A program made the translations under genes and the position numbers. 64,000 nucleotides of DNA, taken from the NCBI GenBank assembly GCA_018432615.1, contig JAHDSQ010000002.1, positions 31,054 through 95,053 on the forward strand, in the 5' to 3' direction. Position 1 is the stretch's first letter; each line of letters starts with the position of its first letter. Below the pieces are notes generated by a model. That model was not told the DNA's origin. It worked only from the letters and a program-made list of their open reading frames with translations, and made no database searches. The stretch is from Clostridia bacterium. GTDB taxonomy: Bacteria > Bacillota > Peptococcia > DRI-13 > SM3-B62. Below, piece by piece: positions 54,831 to 64,000 of the stretch.

Positions 54831-56114
54831 TTACGGTTTCAGGGCACGATAAGCAATATCCTTGCGGTATTGTCTATCTTTGAATGTTATTCTTTCTACC
54901 GCACGATACGCATATTCCCTGGCCTCAGGCAAATCACCGGCACACGCCGTCACAGCTAAAACCCTGCCTCCGTCTGTTAGTAACTTGCCCTCACACCTTT
55001 TTGTTCCACTATGAAATACAAGCACCCCATTACCTTCGGTTGCCGCCTCAGCCAAGCCCTCAATAGCATAGCCTTTTTCATAACTGCCGGGATAGCCTCC
55101 GGAAGCCATGATAACTGTAATACACGCTTCGTTTTTCCACTTTATCTCAACATCTCCCAGCCTGCCCTCTACCACAGCCAAGATAATTTCTCCCAGGTCA
55201 GATTCCAGTCGCGGCAAAACGACTTGAGTCTCAGGATCACCAAACCGGCAATTGAATTCCAAGACTTTTGGTCCTTCCTTTGTTAGCATTAAACCCGGAT
55301 ACAAAACTCCCTGATATGTTCTGCCCTCTTTTTCCATTGCGGTAATAACCGGTTTGAGGATTTTCTCTTCTATCTCCTTCATCAACTCCGGCGATGCAAC
55401 CGGCACAGGAGTATAGGCCCCCATTCCGCCGGTATTCGGTCCTTCATCGCCGTCATAGGCTCTTTTATGATCCTGGGATGGCACCATGGGAACAATCGTT
55501 TTCCCGTCACAGAAAGCCAAAATACTGAGTTCTTCCCCCTCTAGGTATTCCTCGACCACCACCTTTTTCCCGGCGGCACCCAAGACATCACCTGACATAA
55601 GGTCTCCTACGGCCTCTTCTGCCTCCTGATGAGTCGTGCAAATGAAAACACCTTTTCCCGCGGCCAATCCATCAGCTTTCACGACCCAAGGACCCGGCAG
55701 TTCACGAATAAATTCCCGGGCTTTTACGGCTTCTTCAAAGACTCCATAACGCGCTGTCGGTATGCCGTATTTCTTTAATAAACCCTTGGCAAACACCTTA
55801 CTGCCTTCTATTTCGGCGGCCTTTGCCCTCGGGCCGAAGGCTTTGATGCCTGCCTTCTCCAGTTCATCCGCCAAACCCAGCGTCAGCGGCAACTCCGGAC
55901 CAATCACTACCAGATCGATGCCCTCTTTTTTGGCCCAAGCCACTATCCCTTCTATATCATCAACGCGCAGAGCAACACACTCTGCAAGCTCTGCAATACC
56001 GCCATTACCCGGCGCGCAGTACAATTTCTCTACAAGTTTACTTTGTGACAGTTTCCAAGCCAAGGCATGCTCGCGCCCACCCGCTCCGACGATAAGGACC
56101 TTCATCTTTTTCAC
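54831..56114 (-). CDS. purD: phosphoribosylamine--glycine ligase
   Basis: 427 aa. MKVLIVGAGGREHALAWKL. Confidence 0.9.
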   Translation of the reverse strand: MKKMKVLIVGAGGREHALAWKLSQSKLVEKLYCAPGNGGIAELAECVALRVDDIEGIVAWAKKEGIDLVVIGPELPLTLGLADELEKAGIKAFGPRAKAAEIEGSKVFAKGLLKKYGIPTARYGVFEEAVKAREFIRELPGPWVVKADGLAAGKGVFICTTHQEAEEAVGDLMSGDVLGAAGKKVVVEEYLEGEELSILAFCDGKTIVPMVPSQDHKRAYDGDEGPNTGGMGAYTPVPVASPELMKEIEEKILKPVITAMEKEGRTYQGVLYPGLMLTKEGPKVLEFNCRFGDPETQVVLPRLESDLGEIILAVVEGRLGDVEIKWKNEACITVIMASGGYPGSYEKGYAIEGLAEAATEGNGVLVFHSGTKRCEGKLLTDGGRVLAVTACAGDLPEAREYAYRAVERITFKDRQYRKDIAYRALKP

Positions 56115-56150
56115 ACCAAATCACCCCTACACTCCGACTGATATTATTTA

Positions 56151-57686
56151 CTAGTGCTTAAAATGCCTCATTCCGGTGAATATCATAACCAAGCCGTACT
56201 CATTGGCCTTTTTGATAGTATCCTCATCACGGATAGAACCACCAGGCTGAATAATACCCTTAATCCCGCGCCTTGCCGCTAACTCAACCGTATCAGAAAA
56301 CGGGAAGAAAGCGTCCGAAGCGAGAACAGCGCCTCTTGCCTTGTCGCCGGCCTGTTCAAGAGCAATCCGGGCGGCTCCTACCCGGTTCATTTGACCCGCT
56401 CCAACGCCAAGTGTCTGTTTATCCCCGGTAATGACAATAGCATTGGATTTTACGTGCTTAACCACCTTCCAGGCAAAGAGCAGTTCTTTAAGCATCTCTT
56501 CGTCAGGCTCTTTCTGAGACACAACTTTAATGTCTTCTTCCTGCATCAGCACCTTATCGATTTCCTGCACCAAAAATCCGCCGCTCACCGGTTCGATCCA
56601 GTATTCTTGTGACTCTGACTTCTTGTCACCCATTTCCAACAAACGCAGATTTTTCTTCGCCGTCAGCACAGCTAAGGCCTCCGGTGTAAAGGAAGGCGCA
56701 ATCACAGCTTCCAAAAAGGTCTTTTCAATTTCCTTGGCTGTATCCTCATCAACCGCCCTATTCAAACCGACAATTCCCCCATAAGCGGAGATTGAATCAG
56801 CCGCAAAAGCACGTTTGTAAGCGGTACAAAGATCATCGGCAATGGCCGCACCACAGGGATTTGTATGCTTAATAACCACAGCCCCCGGCCCCTCAAACTC
56901 TGCGGCAATATTCCAGGCGGCCTGTACATCTACAATATTGTTATATGACAACTCCTTGCCGTGGAGTTGTTTGGCTTGAGCCAAAGTACCTTCGCTGTTT
57001 CCGTTAAGCTTGTAATATGCAGCCTGCTGGTGCGGATTCTCACCATACCGCAATTTTTGGATCTTCTCCCCTTTGGTAAACCAAGTATCGGGAAACTCGC
57101 CGGGCTTCATGATCCCGCTTAAATAAGTACTGATGGCCATGTCATATTCCGCGGTATGTGTAAAGGCTTCCAAGGCCAATTCGAGACGCACCATACCGTC
57201 TAAATCACCATCTTCTTTCAGCATGTTTAATATTCCCTCATAGCGCGCCGGATTAACAATAATGGCGACCCTGGCAAAATTCTTGGCCGCAGCTCTAACC
57301 ATCGACGGCCCCCCGATATCAATGTTCTCTATGGCTTCCTCCAGATTTACTCCCGGCTTAGCGACTGTCTCTTTGAAGGGATAGAGGTTAACGACTACCA
57401 TATCAAATGGTTCGATTCCCAGTTCTTCCAGCTGCCGCATATGGCTTTTATCACCCCTGGCCAGTATTCCGGCATGAATATTGGGATGAAGGGTTTTAAC
57501 TCTTCCCTCCAATATTTCAGGGAAACCGGTAACCTCCGATGCCATGGTAACTTTGACCCCAGCCCCTTTTAAAGCTTTGGCCGTTCCTCCCGTCGACACT
57601 ATTTCATAACCTAATTCAGTCAATCCGCCGGCAAACTCCTTCAATCCTCTTTTGTCTGAGACACTGATTAATGCGCGCTTTTTCAT
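56151..57686 (-). CDS. purH: bifunctional AICAR transformylase / IMP cyclohydrolase
   Basis: 511 aa. KRALISVSDK...GTAK...TLHP, C-terminal FTGMRHFKH. Confidence 0.9.
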   Translation of the reverse strand: MKKRALISVSDKRGLKEFAGGLTELGYEIVSTGGTAKALKGAGVKVTMASEVTGFPEILEGRVKTLHPNIHAGILARGDKSHMRQLEELGIEPFDMVVVNLYPFKETVAKPGVNLEEAIENIDIGGPSMVRAAAKNFARVAIIVNPARYEGILNMLKEDGDLDGMVRLELALEAFTHTAEYDMAISTYLSGIMKPGEFPDTWFTKGEKIQKLRYGENPHQQAAYYKLNGNSEGTLAQAKQLHGKELSYNNIVDVQAAWNIAAEFEGPGAVVIKHTNPCGAAIADDLCTAYKRAFAADSISAYGGIVGLNRAVDEDTAKEIEKTFLEAVIAPSFTPEALAVLTAKKNLRLLEMGDKKSESQEYWIEPVSGGFLVQEIDKVLMQEEDIKVVSQKEPDEEMLKELLFAWKVVKHVKSNAIVITGDKQTLGVGAGQMNRVGAARIALEQAGDKARGAVLASDAFFPFSDTVELAARRGIKGIIQPGGSIRDEDTIKKANEYGLVMIFTGMRHFKH

Positions 57687-58309
57687 CCGTTATCACCTTC
57701 CCCAATAATCTTAACTTTCCTGCCTTCACATTTGATGCGTCCTTCGCACAACAAACGTATAACCTTAACATAAATAACGTGTTCCTCTTTTAAGATACGC
57801 GCCGCCAGGCTTTCCTCGTCATCGTCCTGTTCGACCGGCACCACGGCTTGCATGATAATCGGGCCCGTATCCACTCCACTGTCGACAAAATGCACCGTAC
57901 ACCCGCTGTAACGAACACCGTAATCCAACGCCTGCCGGTGAGCATTGAGCCCCTGAAAAGACGGCAGAAGCGAAGGATGGATGTTCAAGATAGGAACATC
58001 GGCATTTTCAATAAAGAAAGAACTTAACACCTTCATATATCCTGCCAATAAAACATAGTCAACATCATATTTCCGGATAATATCAAGTAATTCCTTTTCG
58101 TAATCTTCTTTCTTTCCATGCCGACGCGGATTGACCCAATAAGCGGGGATTCCATACAGACTTGCTTTTTCCAAAGCCTTAGCTTCTTCTTTATCGCTTA
58201 ATACGGCTACAACACGAGCGTCCAAGACGCCGCTTTCACAGGCCTCAATAATTGATTGAAGATTACTGCCTCTCCCTGACGCTAGTACCGCAAGCCTTAA
58301 ACGAGACAT
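57683..58309 (-). CDS. purN: phosphoribosylglycinamide formyltransferase
   Basis: 208 aa. LAVLASGRGSNLQ, NIHPSLLP. Confidence 0.9.
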   Translation of the reverse strand: MSRLRLAVLASGRGSNLQSIIEACESGVLDARVVAVLSDKEEAKALEKASLYGIPAYWVNPRRHGKKEDYEKELLDIIRKYDVDYVLLAGYMKVLSSFFIENADVPILNIHPSLLPSFQGLNAHRQALDYGVRYSGCTVHFVDSGVDTGPIIMQAVVPVEQDDDEESLAARILKEEHVIYVKVIRLLCEGRIKCEGRKVKIIGEGDNG

Positions 58310-59358
58310 TATTCAATCCCTCCAATGGTAACACCCGGTTCTCCCTGAACAACCTTGCCGATAATGCTGCATTCTTCCCCTTTGGCCTGCAAAATCTCTT
58401 GCAACCTGTCGGTATCCTCAGCGGCGACAATTAATATATAGCCAATACCCATATTGAAGGTACGCAACATCTCCCTGGCAGCAATTTTACCCTCCCGGGA
58501 AAGCAGTTCAAAAACAGGCGGTACCTTCCAGGAACCATACTCAATTTCTAAATGAGTTCCCGGAGGAATGTTACGGGCCGGGTTCTCCCAAAGCCCTCCC
58601 CCTGTAATATGGGCCATACCCTTTATCCTTATTTCCTTCAGTAGTTCTTTAATCAGCTTCACATATATTCTGGTCGGCCTTAACATCTCTTCTCCCAGTG
58701 TTCGACCAAGTTCCGGCAGGTACTTGTCCGTCTCCCAACCGCAAGTATCGAAGAACACTTTGCGTGCCAGAGAATACCCATTGGAATGCAACCCGTTTGA
58801 GGCCAAGCCGACAACCACGTCCCCTTCCTTTACCGAACTGCCGTCGATAATCTTTTCTTTATCGACAACACCGACGGCAAAACCAGCCACATCGTATTCA
58901 CCCGGACGGTAAAAACCGGGCATTTCCGCCGTTTCACCCCCGATTAGAGCACAACCGGCCTGCCTGCAGCCCTCTGCTATACCCGCAACAATTGCAGCTA
59001 CCTGACTTGGTTCAAGACTGCCTACCGCCAGATAATCCAAAAAGAATAACGGTTCCGCGCCTGAAACAAGAATATCGTTTACACACATTGCTACACAGTC
59101 AATTCCGATCGTATCGTGTTTTCCTACCTTATGCGCTACGGCTAATTTCGTCCCTACACCATCTGTCCCTGCCACCAACACGGGACATTGATAATCCTTC
59201 AAATCAGGAGCAAATAAAGCGCCAAAGCCGCCTAAGCCACCCAGCACCTCTTTGCGATATGTCTTTTCCACCAACGGCTTGATCATCTCCACAGCCTCGT
59301 TACCCTTGCTGATATCCACCCCTGCCTGCCGGTAGGTCATACCCTCTTCCTTTTTCAT
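58309..59358 (-). CDS. purM: phosphoribosylformylglycinamidine cyclo-ligase
   Basis: 349 aa. [16 protein letters not shown]. Confidence 0.9.
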   Translation of the reverse strand: MKKEEGMTYRQAGVDISKGNEAVEMIKPLVEKTYRKEVLGGLGGFGALFAPDLKDYQCPVLVAGTDGVGTKLAVAHKVGKHDTIGIDCVAMCVNDILVSGAEPLFFLDYLAVGSLEPSQVAAIVAGIAEGCRQAGCALIGGETAEMPGFYRPGEYDVAGFAVGVVDKEKIIDGSSVKEGDVVVGLASNGLHSNGYSLARKVFFDTCGWETDKYLPELGRTLGEEMLRPTRIYVKLIKELLKEIRIKGMAHITGGGLWENPARNIPPGTHLEIEYGSWKVPPVFELLSREGKIAAREMLRTFNMGIGYILIVAAEDTDRLQEILQAKGEECSIIGKVVQGEPGVTIGGIE

Positions 59359-60812
59359 GTTCCGGACTCCCTTCGTACATTTCGCGGTATTTCTAAAACA
59401 TGCTTGCCCAGACCTGCTCTGGCTGAAACCTCGATAGGGTACTGTCCATCAAAACAAGCCGTACAAAAACCTGTTTTCCTATCTACCGCCCTGTATAACC
59501 CTTCTATGCTTAAATATTTTAAAGAGTCAGCGCCAATATACTCCCGTACTTCATCAAGAGTTTTCTGAGCCGCAATCAATTGCGAACGTTCCGAGGTATC
59601 AATTCCATAATAACATGGACCCTTCACCGGCGGCGAAGTAATTCGCAAATGAACTTCTTTCGCCCCCTTATATTTTAGCATTTCTACGATTTTTTTGCTT
59701 GTGGTCCCTCTCACCACCGAATCGTCAAGAAGGACTAATCGTTTGTCCTTCACCAGATTGGTAACCGGATTAAGCTTCATCCTTACCGCCAAATCACGTT
59801 CGCTCTGCTCAGGCTTGATAAAGGTACGTCCGATATAGCGATTTTTCATCAACCCCATATCAAATACCAATCCCAACTGTTCCGCATAACCCAGTGCTCC
59901 GGCAATCCCTGAATCAGGAACAGGTACCACTAAATCGGCTTCTACGGGATGTTCCTTGGCCAGTTCCCTGCCCATCGCTCTGCGCACCTGCATAACATTT
60001 ATCCCGTCTATGTTCGAATCTGGACGGGCAAAATAGACGTACTCAAAAATACAAACTGCCTTTTCTACCGGTAGCACAAACTGCTTCGAGCATAAGCCAT
60101 TCTTATCAAGGGTTACGATTTCACCTGGATTCACATCCCGGACAAATTCGGCCCCCAACGGGTCCAAAGCACAGGATTCGGAAGCAATGAGATAATCTTC
60201 CCCCAGCTTTCCGATACAAAGGGGCCGATTACCGTACGGGTCCCTCACACCAATAACCTTATCCTCCGTCATTACCACCAGAGAATATGTCCCTTTGAGA
60301 TCGATCATACATTTCATCAAGGCGTCTTCAATGGTCCCCTGTCCATAGCGGGCTATCAAATTCACGATAATTTCAGAATCAATTGTTGACTGAAAGACAG
60401 AACCGTTGGCCGCCAGTTTTTCCCTTAATTCATCCGCATTAATCAGATTTCCATTATGGGCAATCGCCAAGCTGCCCTGAAGATACTGACATACCAGAGG
60501 TTGGGCATTAACGGCCAGGCTGGCACCCGTTGTCGAATAACGCACATGACCGATAGCCCCAATGCCTTTTAATCCCTGTAAAATATCCTCCGAAAAGACT
60601 TCGGAAACCAAACCCATTTCCTTATGCAGCTTGATCTCACGACCGTCTGTAACCGCGATACCCGCGCTTTCCTGGCCGCGGTGCTGTAAAGAATACAACC
60701 CGTAATATGATAGCCTGGCAACATCCCTGCCAGGCGCAAAGATGCCAAAAACGCCGCAGGCCTCTTCCATCTTATCTGCCGGTTCATCCCAATCTACATG
60801 TCCATATAACAT
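59355..60812 (-). CDS. purF: amidophosphoribosyltransferase
   Basis: Propeptide then CGVFGIF. The PRPP-binding site is present. The start could instead be the ATG at 60770. Confidence 0.9.
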   Translation of the reverse strand: MLYGHVDWDEPADKMEEACGVFGIFAPGRDVARLSYYGLYSLQHRGQESAGIAVTDGREIKLHKEMGLVSEVFSEDILQGLKGIGAIGHVRYSTTGASLAVNAQPLVCQYLQGSLAIAHNGNLINADELREKLAANGSVFQSTIDSEIIVNLIARYGQGTIEDALMKCMIDLKGTYSLVVMTEDKVIGVRDPYGNRPLCIGKLGEDYLIASESCALDPLGAEFVRDVNPGEIVTLDKNGLCSKQFVLPVEKAVCIFEYVYFARPDSNIDGINVMQVRRAMGRELAKEHPVEADLVVPVPDSGIAGALGYAEQLGLVFDMGLMKNRYIGRTFIKPEQSERDLAVRMKLNPVTNLVKDKRLVLLDDSVVRGTTSKKIVEMLKYKGAKEVHLRITSPPVKGPCYYGIDTSERSQLIAAQKTLDEVREYIGADSLKYLSIEGLYRAVDRKTGFCTACFDGQYPIEVSARAGLGKHVLEIPRNVRRESGT

Positions 60813-62992
60813 GCTATTGCCCTCCGATACTTTTCCTCCATGTCGCAGACGGCCAACCGCACTTTCCAGCCTGAACCGTTAATTGTCAGGTATTCACCGC
60901 CTACATTGCCTAATACCTTATACGGCACCTTGTTTATACTCAATCTGCTCAACACTTTTTCCATTTTTTCTTTATGAGCCGTTACAATGATCCTGGACTG
61001 TGATTCTCCAAAAAGCAAGCTACTGGCCTTCATTTCTTCCGACAGCACAACATCCGCACCGAGGCCTCCCGCAATACAGCATTCCGCCAGGGCAATCGAC
61101 AGACCCCCTTCGGCGCAGTCATGAGCGGATTTCACTAACCCCTCCTTAATCAAAGCCAGGGTTGTCCTCTGGATAAGCCTTTCCGCTTCCAGGTCAATAC
61201 TCGGCGGTTTCCCGGCCTCCAAACCGTGGATAACGCTAAGATAGGCTGTACCGCCCAACTCATCCTTATTCTCTCCCAAAAGTATTATGATATCATCCTC
61301 ATCTTTGAAGCCCATCGTCATGACCCGGGAGATGTCCTCCAGCAAACCGACCATACCTACCACAGGTGTCGGATAGATTGCTTCTCCTTTTGTTTCGTTA
61401 TAGAAGCTGACATTACCGCCGGTAACAGGAGTTTCAAGCGTACGACAAGCCTCGCTGATGCCGGCTGCCGCTTCTTTAAACTGCCAAAATATTTCCGGTT
61501 TCTCCGGATTGCCGAAATTCAGACAATCAGTAACTCCCAAGGGCAACGCCCCCGCACAAACCAGATTCCTAGCGGCTTCAGCCACGGCAATCTGTCCCCC
61601 CTGACGGGGATCAAGATACACATAGCGGGCATTACAATCCGTTGTAGCGGCAATCCCTTTGTTTGTCCCCTTTATTCTCAGCACGGCGGCATCCGAACCG
61701 GGTCCCACCACAGTATTTAACCCCACCATATAATCGTACTGGCGGTAAACCCATTCCTTGCTGGCGATATTGCCCGTACCCAGCAAAGTCATCATAACCT
61801 GTCCGTAATCCCCCAACTCGGGTAAAGTGCTTAAATCATATTCCTGTGCCTTGATCAGATACTCAGGCTTTTTGGCTTCTTTTGCATAAACAGGGCACAT
61901 TTCTGTCAAGGCTTTGGCGGGGATACGAGCTGCTACTTCATCCCCTTCCTTAACAGTCAAGTAGCCGTCATCCGTAACCTTCCCGATAACGACCGCCTCC
62001 AGGCCCCATTTGGCGAAAATGTCCTGTACAGCTTTTTCCGCTCCGCTTTTTGCCACCACCAACATTCTTTCCTGTGACTCAGAAAGCATTATCTCATAAG
62101 GAGTCATCCCCGTCTCACGGCGGGGCACCTTAGCTATATCCATTTCCATACCGGTCCCGGCCCGAGAAGCCATTTCACTGGAAGAACTGGTCAAACCTGC
62201 AGCTCCCATATCCTGCATACCAACCACGTAACCGGTCTTGATCAATTCCAAACAAGCCTCCAAAAGCAGCTTCTCCATGAACGGATCCCCTACCTGAACG
62301 GCCGGGCGTTTTTCCTCTGATTTTTCATTCAATTCCTCTGAGGCAAAGGTCGCCCCATGAATCCCATCCTTGCCGGTCTTAGCTCCCACGACCAGCACCG
62401 GATTTCCGGGCCCTTGGGCTACTCCTTTGGCAATGTCCTTAATATCGATTAGCCCGATGCACATAGCGTTCACCAGACAGTTTTCTTCGTATGACGGATG
62501 AAAATACACCTCTCCGCCTATGGTTGGAATGCCGATACAATTGCCATAACCGGCAATCCCCGCCACAACACCGTTAAACAGATAACGTGACCGTTTGCTT
62601 TTCAGGGAACCGAAACGCAAGGAATTAAGGGAGGCTATCGGTCTGGCCCCCATCGTGAAAATATCACGGATTATTCCTCCTACTCCCGTCGCCGCTCCTT
62701 GGTAGGGCTCAATGGCCGACGGATGGTTATGGCTCTCTATTTTAAAGACTACCCCTTGACCGTCCCCGATGTCCAATACACCGGCATTTTCCCCCGGACC
62801 CTGCACAACACGTTCCCCGGTAGTAGGAAAAGACCGCAGCACGGCTTTGGAATTTTTGTAACTACAGTGCTCAGACCACATTACACCGAAAATTCCCAGT
62901 TCAACCTCATTAGGGTCTCTTCCCAGAATTCCTTTGATCATCCCATATTCCTCTTCAGAAAGTCCCATTTTACGCCAAAATTCCTTCTTCAC
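60794..62992 (-). CDS. purL: phosphoribosylformylglycinamidine synthase subunit PurL
   Basis: 732 aa. [32 protein letters not shown]. Confidence 0.9.
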   Translation of the reverse strand: MKKEFWRKMGLSEEEYGMIKGILGRDPNEVELGIFGVMWSEHCSYKNSKAVLRSFPTTGERVVQGPGENAGVLDIGDGQGVVFKIESHNHPSAIEPYQGAATGVGGIIRDIFTMGARPIASLNSLRFGSLKSKRSRYLFNGVVAGIAGYGNCIGIPTIGGEVYFHPSYEENCLVNAMCIGLIDIKDIAKGVAQGPGNPVLVVGAKTGKDGIHGATFASEELNEKSEEKRPAVQVGDPFMEKLLLEACLELIKTGYVVGMQDMGAAGLTSSSSEMASRAGTGMEMDIAKVPRRETGMTPYEIMLSESQERMLVVAKSGAEKAVQDIFAKWGLEAVVIGKVTDDGYLTVKEGDEVAARIPAKALTEMCPVYAKEAKKPEYLIKAQEYDLSTLPELGDYGQVMMTLLGTGNIASKEWVYRQYDYMVGLNTVVGPGSDAAVLRIKGTNKGIAATTDCNARYVYLDPRQGGQIAVAEAARNLVCAGALPLGVTDCLNFGNPEKPEIFWQFKEAAAGISEACRTLETPVTGGNVSFYNETKGEAIYPTPVVGMVGLLEDISRVMTMGFKDEDDIIILLGENKDELGGTAYLSVIHGLEAGKPPSIDLEAERLIQRTTLALIKEGLVKSAHDCAEGGLSIALAECCIAGGLGADVVLSEEMKASSLLFGESQSRIIVTAHKEKMEKVLSRLSINKVPYKVLGNVGGEYLTINGSGWKVRLAVCDMEEKYRRAIACYMDM

Positions 62993-63693
62993 GCCACATC
63001 ACCTCCCTGCCGCCATCCGGCAAGCGACCTAAACAATATTTCTCCGTCTAACCCGCCTAATATTTCTTCCGCGCATCTTTCCGGATGGGGCATCATTCCA
63101 AGCACATTGCCCTTTTCGTTACAGATACCGGCAATGTTGTTAAGAGATCCATTGGGATTCGATATCCCGTTGATCTCGCCGTTTTCATCGCAATAACGAA
63201 AAACCACCCGGTTTTCTTTCTCTAACAGCTCCAGGGTTTCCTCATCGGCCACAAAACTTCCTTCCCCGTGGGCGATAGGTATTTCCACTATCTCCTTTTT
63301 TTTGTATAAAGAGGTAAACGGAAGATCGTTTCTCTCTACCCTCAGTCGGGTATTATGACACTGGAACTTCAAACTGGGGTTTCTTACTAGAGCCCCCGGT
63401 AAAAGACCTACCTCGGTCAGGATTTGGAAACCGTTGCAAATACCGATAACCAGCCCGCCCCCGGCGGCATGTTCCAGAACCTTCTCCATCACCGGCGAAA
63501 AACGGGCAATTGCCCCGACCCGCAGATAGTCGCCGTAAGAAAACCCTCCCGGCAGGATGACACAGTCAACTTCCTTTAAGTCTCTATCACCATGCCATAA
63601 ATATTCCACAGGCTCTGCCAAAACCTTATCAATAACATGATAACAGTCGGCATCACAGTTTGACCCCGGAAAAACCACAACTCCAAATCTCAT
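62989..63693 (-). CDS. purQ: phosphoribosylformylglycinamidine synthase subunit PurQ (glutaminase)
   Basis: 234 aa. [28 protein letters not shown]. Confidence 0.9.
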   Translation of the reverse strand: MRFGVVVFPGSNCDADCYHVIDKVLAEPVEYLWHGDRDLKEVDCVILPGGFSYGDYLRVGAIARFSPVMEKVLEHAAGGGLVIGICNGFQILTEVGLLPGALVRNPSLKFQCHNTRLRVERNDLPFTSLYKKKEIVEIPIAHGEGSFVADEETLELLEKENRVVFRYCDENGEINGISNPNGSLNNIAGICNEKGNVLGMMPHPERCAEEILGGLDGEILFRSLAGWRQGGDVA

Positions 63694-63944
63694 TATTCGA
63701 CCACCGCCACATTGATTTGATAATCTTCAATAACCGGATTCGCCAAAAGCTTGGTGCACATCTCTTCAATTCTTTTATGTGCTATTTCGTCGCTATCGAC
63801 ATCCATTACAACCTCGATGTGTTTTCCTACTCTTACATCAGAAACCTCAGGATAACCGAGGGAATGCAAGGCTTTATGCACAGCACTGCCTTGCGGATCA
63901 AGGATATTTTTTTTGAAAGTAATGGTTACAACCGCTTTAAACAT
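63693..63944 (-). CDS. purS: phosphoribosylformylglycinamidine synthase subunit PurS
   Basis: 83 aa. ILDPQG...V..VRVGK pattern. 1-nt overlap with purQ. Confidence 0.85.
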   Translation of the reverse strand: MFKAVVTITFKKNILDPQGSAVHKALHSLGYPEVSDVRVGKHIEVVMDVDSDEIAHKRIEEMCTKLLANPVIEDYQINVAVVE

Positions 63945-64000
63945 CTGTTTTTTCTCCTTTTAGACGTTTTAGTATCTCCTGATATGCCTCTTCGACCTTG
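63937..64000 (-). CDS. purC: 3' end of an upstream gene, probably SAICAR synthase
   Basis: The minus strand reads ...[20 protein letters not shown] with its stop overlapping the purS ATG. The assignment rests only on operon position and a plausible C-terminus. Confidence 0.45.
   Translation of the reverse strand, partial: KVEEAYQEILKRLKGEKTDV

Noticed and set aside
1-64000. Scan for CRISPR arrays, IS elements or transposases, integrases, prophage genes, rRNA and tRNA genes, and T-box, SAM or purine riboswitches
   Set aside because: There are no regularly spaced direct repeats, no transposase- or integrase-like ORFs, and no tRNA-like T-arm motifs outside coding sequence. Apart from the regions discussed, the intergenic gaps are too short for such leaders. 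The pur operon leader lies beyond the window edge.

Overview
The window looks like a chromosomal segment of an endospore-forming Firmicutes/Clostridia-type anaerobe: it has a gerA-type germinant-receptor operon, split purS/purQ/purL, strong GGAGG ribosome-binding sites, and about 65 genes, almost all on the minus strand. From low to high coordinates it contains: (1) a truncated alpha/beta hydrolase; (2) a sigma-54-dependent operon (SAF small subunit, UxaA-family large subunit, Na+/solute symporter) next to a PrpR-type activator that is broken by a frameshift in an A8 run; (3) a selenium-utilisation cluster (DUF3343, class-V cysteine desulfurase/selenocysteine-lyase-like, and selD with an in-frame UGA selenocysteine codon plus SECIS hairpin, which the ORF track splits); (4) feoA plus a two-ORF feoB and a DUF2148 gene; (5) nitroreductase, ilvE and a second sigma-54 activator; (6) a DUF3842 gene, a tiny Gly/Tyr-rich membrane protein and a gerA-gerC-small 2-TM-gerB operon; (7) a long catabolic gene string of unknown substrate under a DeoR regulator (symporter with small accessory ORF, iron-sulfur flavoprotein, M24 hydrolase, TIGR04076-like protein, ADP-forming acyl-CoA synthetase alpha/beta, methionine-gamma-lyase family, alanine dehydrogenase); (8) a soluble MCP; (9) a BKACE (3-keto-5-aminohexanoate-cleavage family) gene with a three-subunit molybdenum hydroxylase; (10) a tandem glycine riboswitch controlling sdaAB-sdaAA-gcvT-gcvH-gcvPA-gcvPB-lpd; (11) a sigma-54-dependent CoA-transferase A/B plus thiolase operon with its CBS-PAS activator and a repeated dyad enhancer array; (12) an A+T-rich islet with a frameshifted RelE/ParE toxin, an antitoxin, a small TM peptide and an acyltransferase; (13) glmS, a GGDEF cyclase and purD-H-N-M-F-L-Q-S plus the 3' end of purC. 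I saw no rRNA, tRNA, CRISPR array, transposase or integrase. Most plus-strand ORFs in the track are antisense shadows of minus-strand genes.
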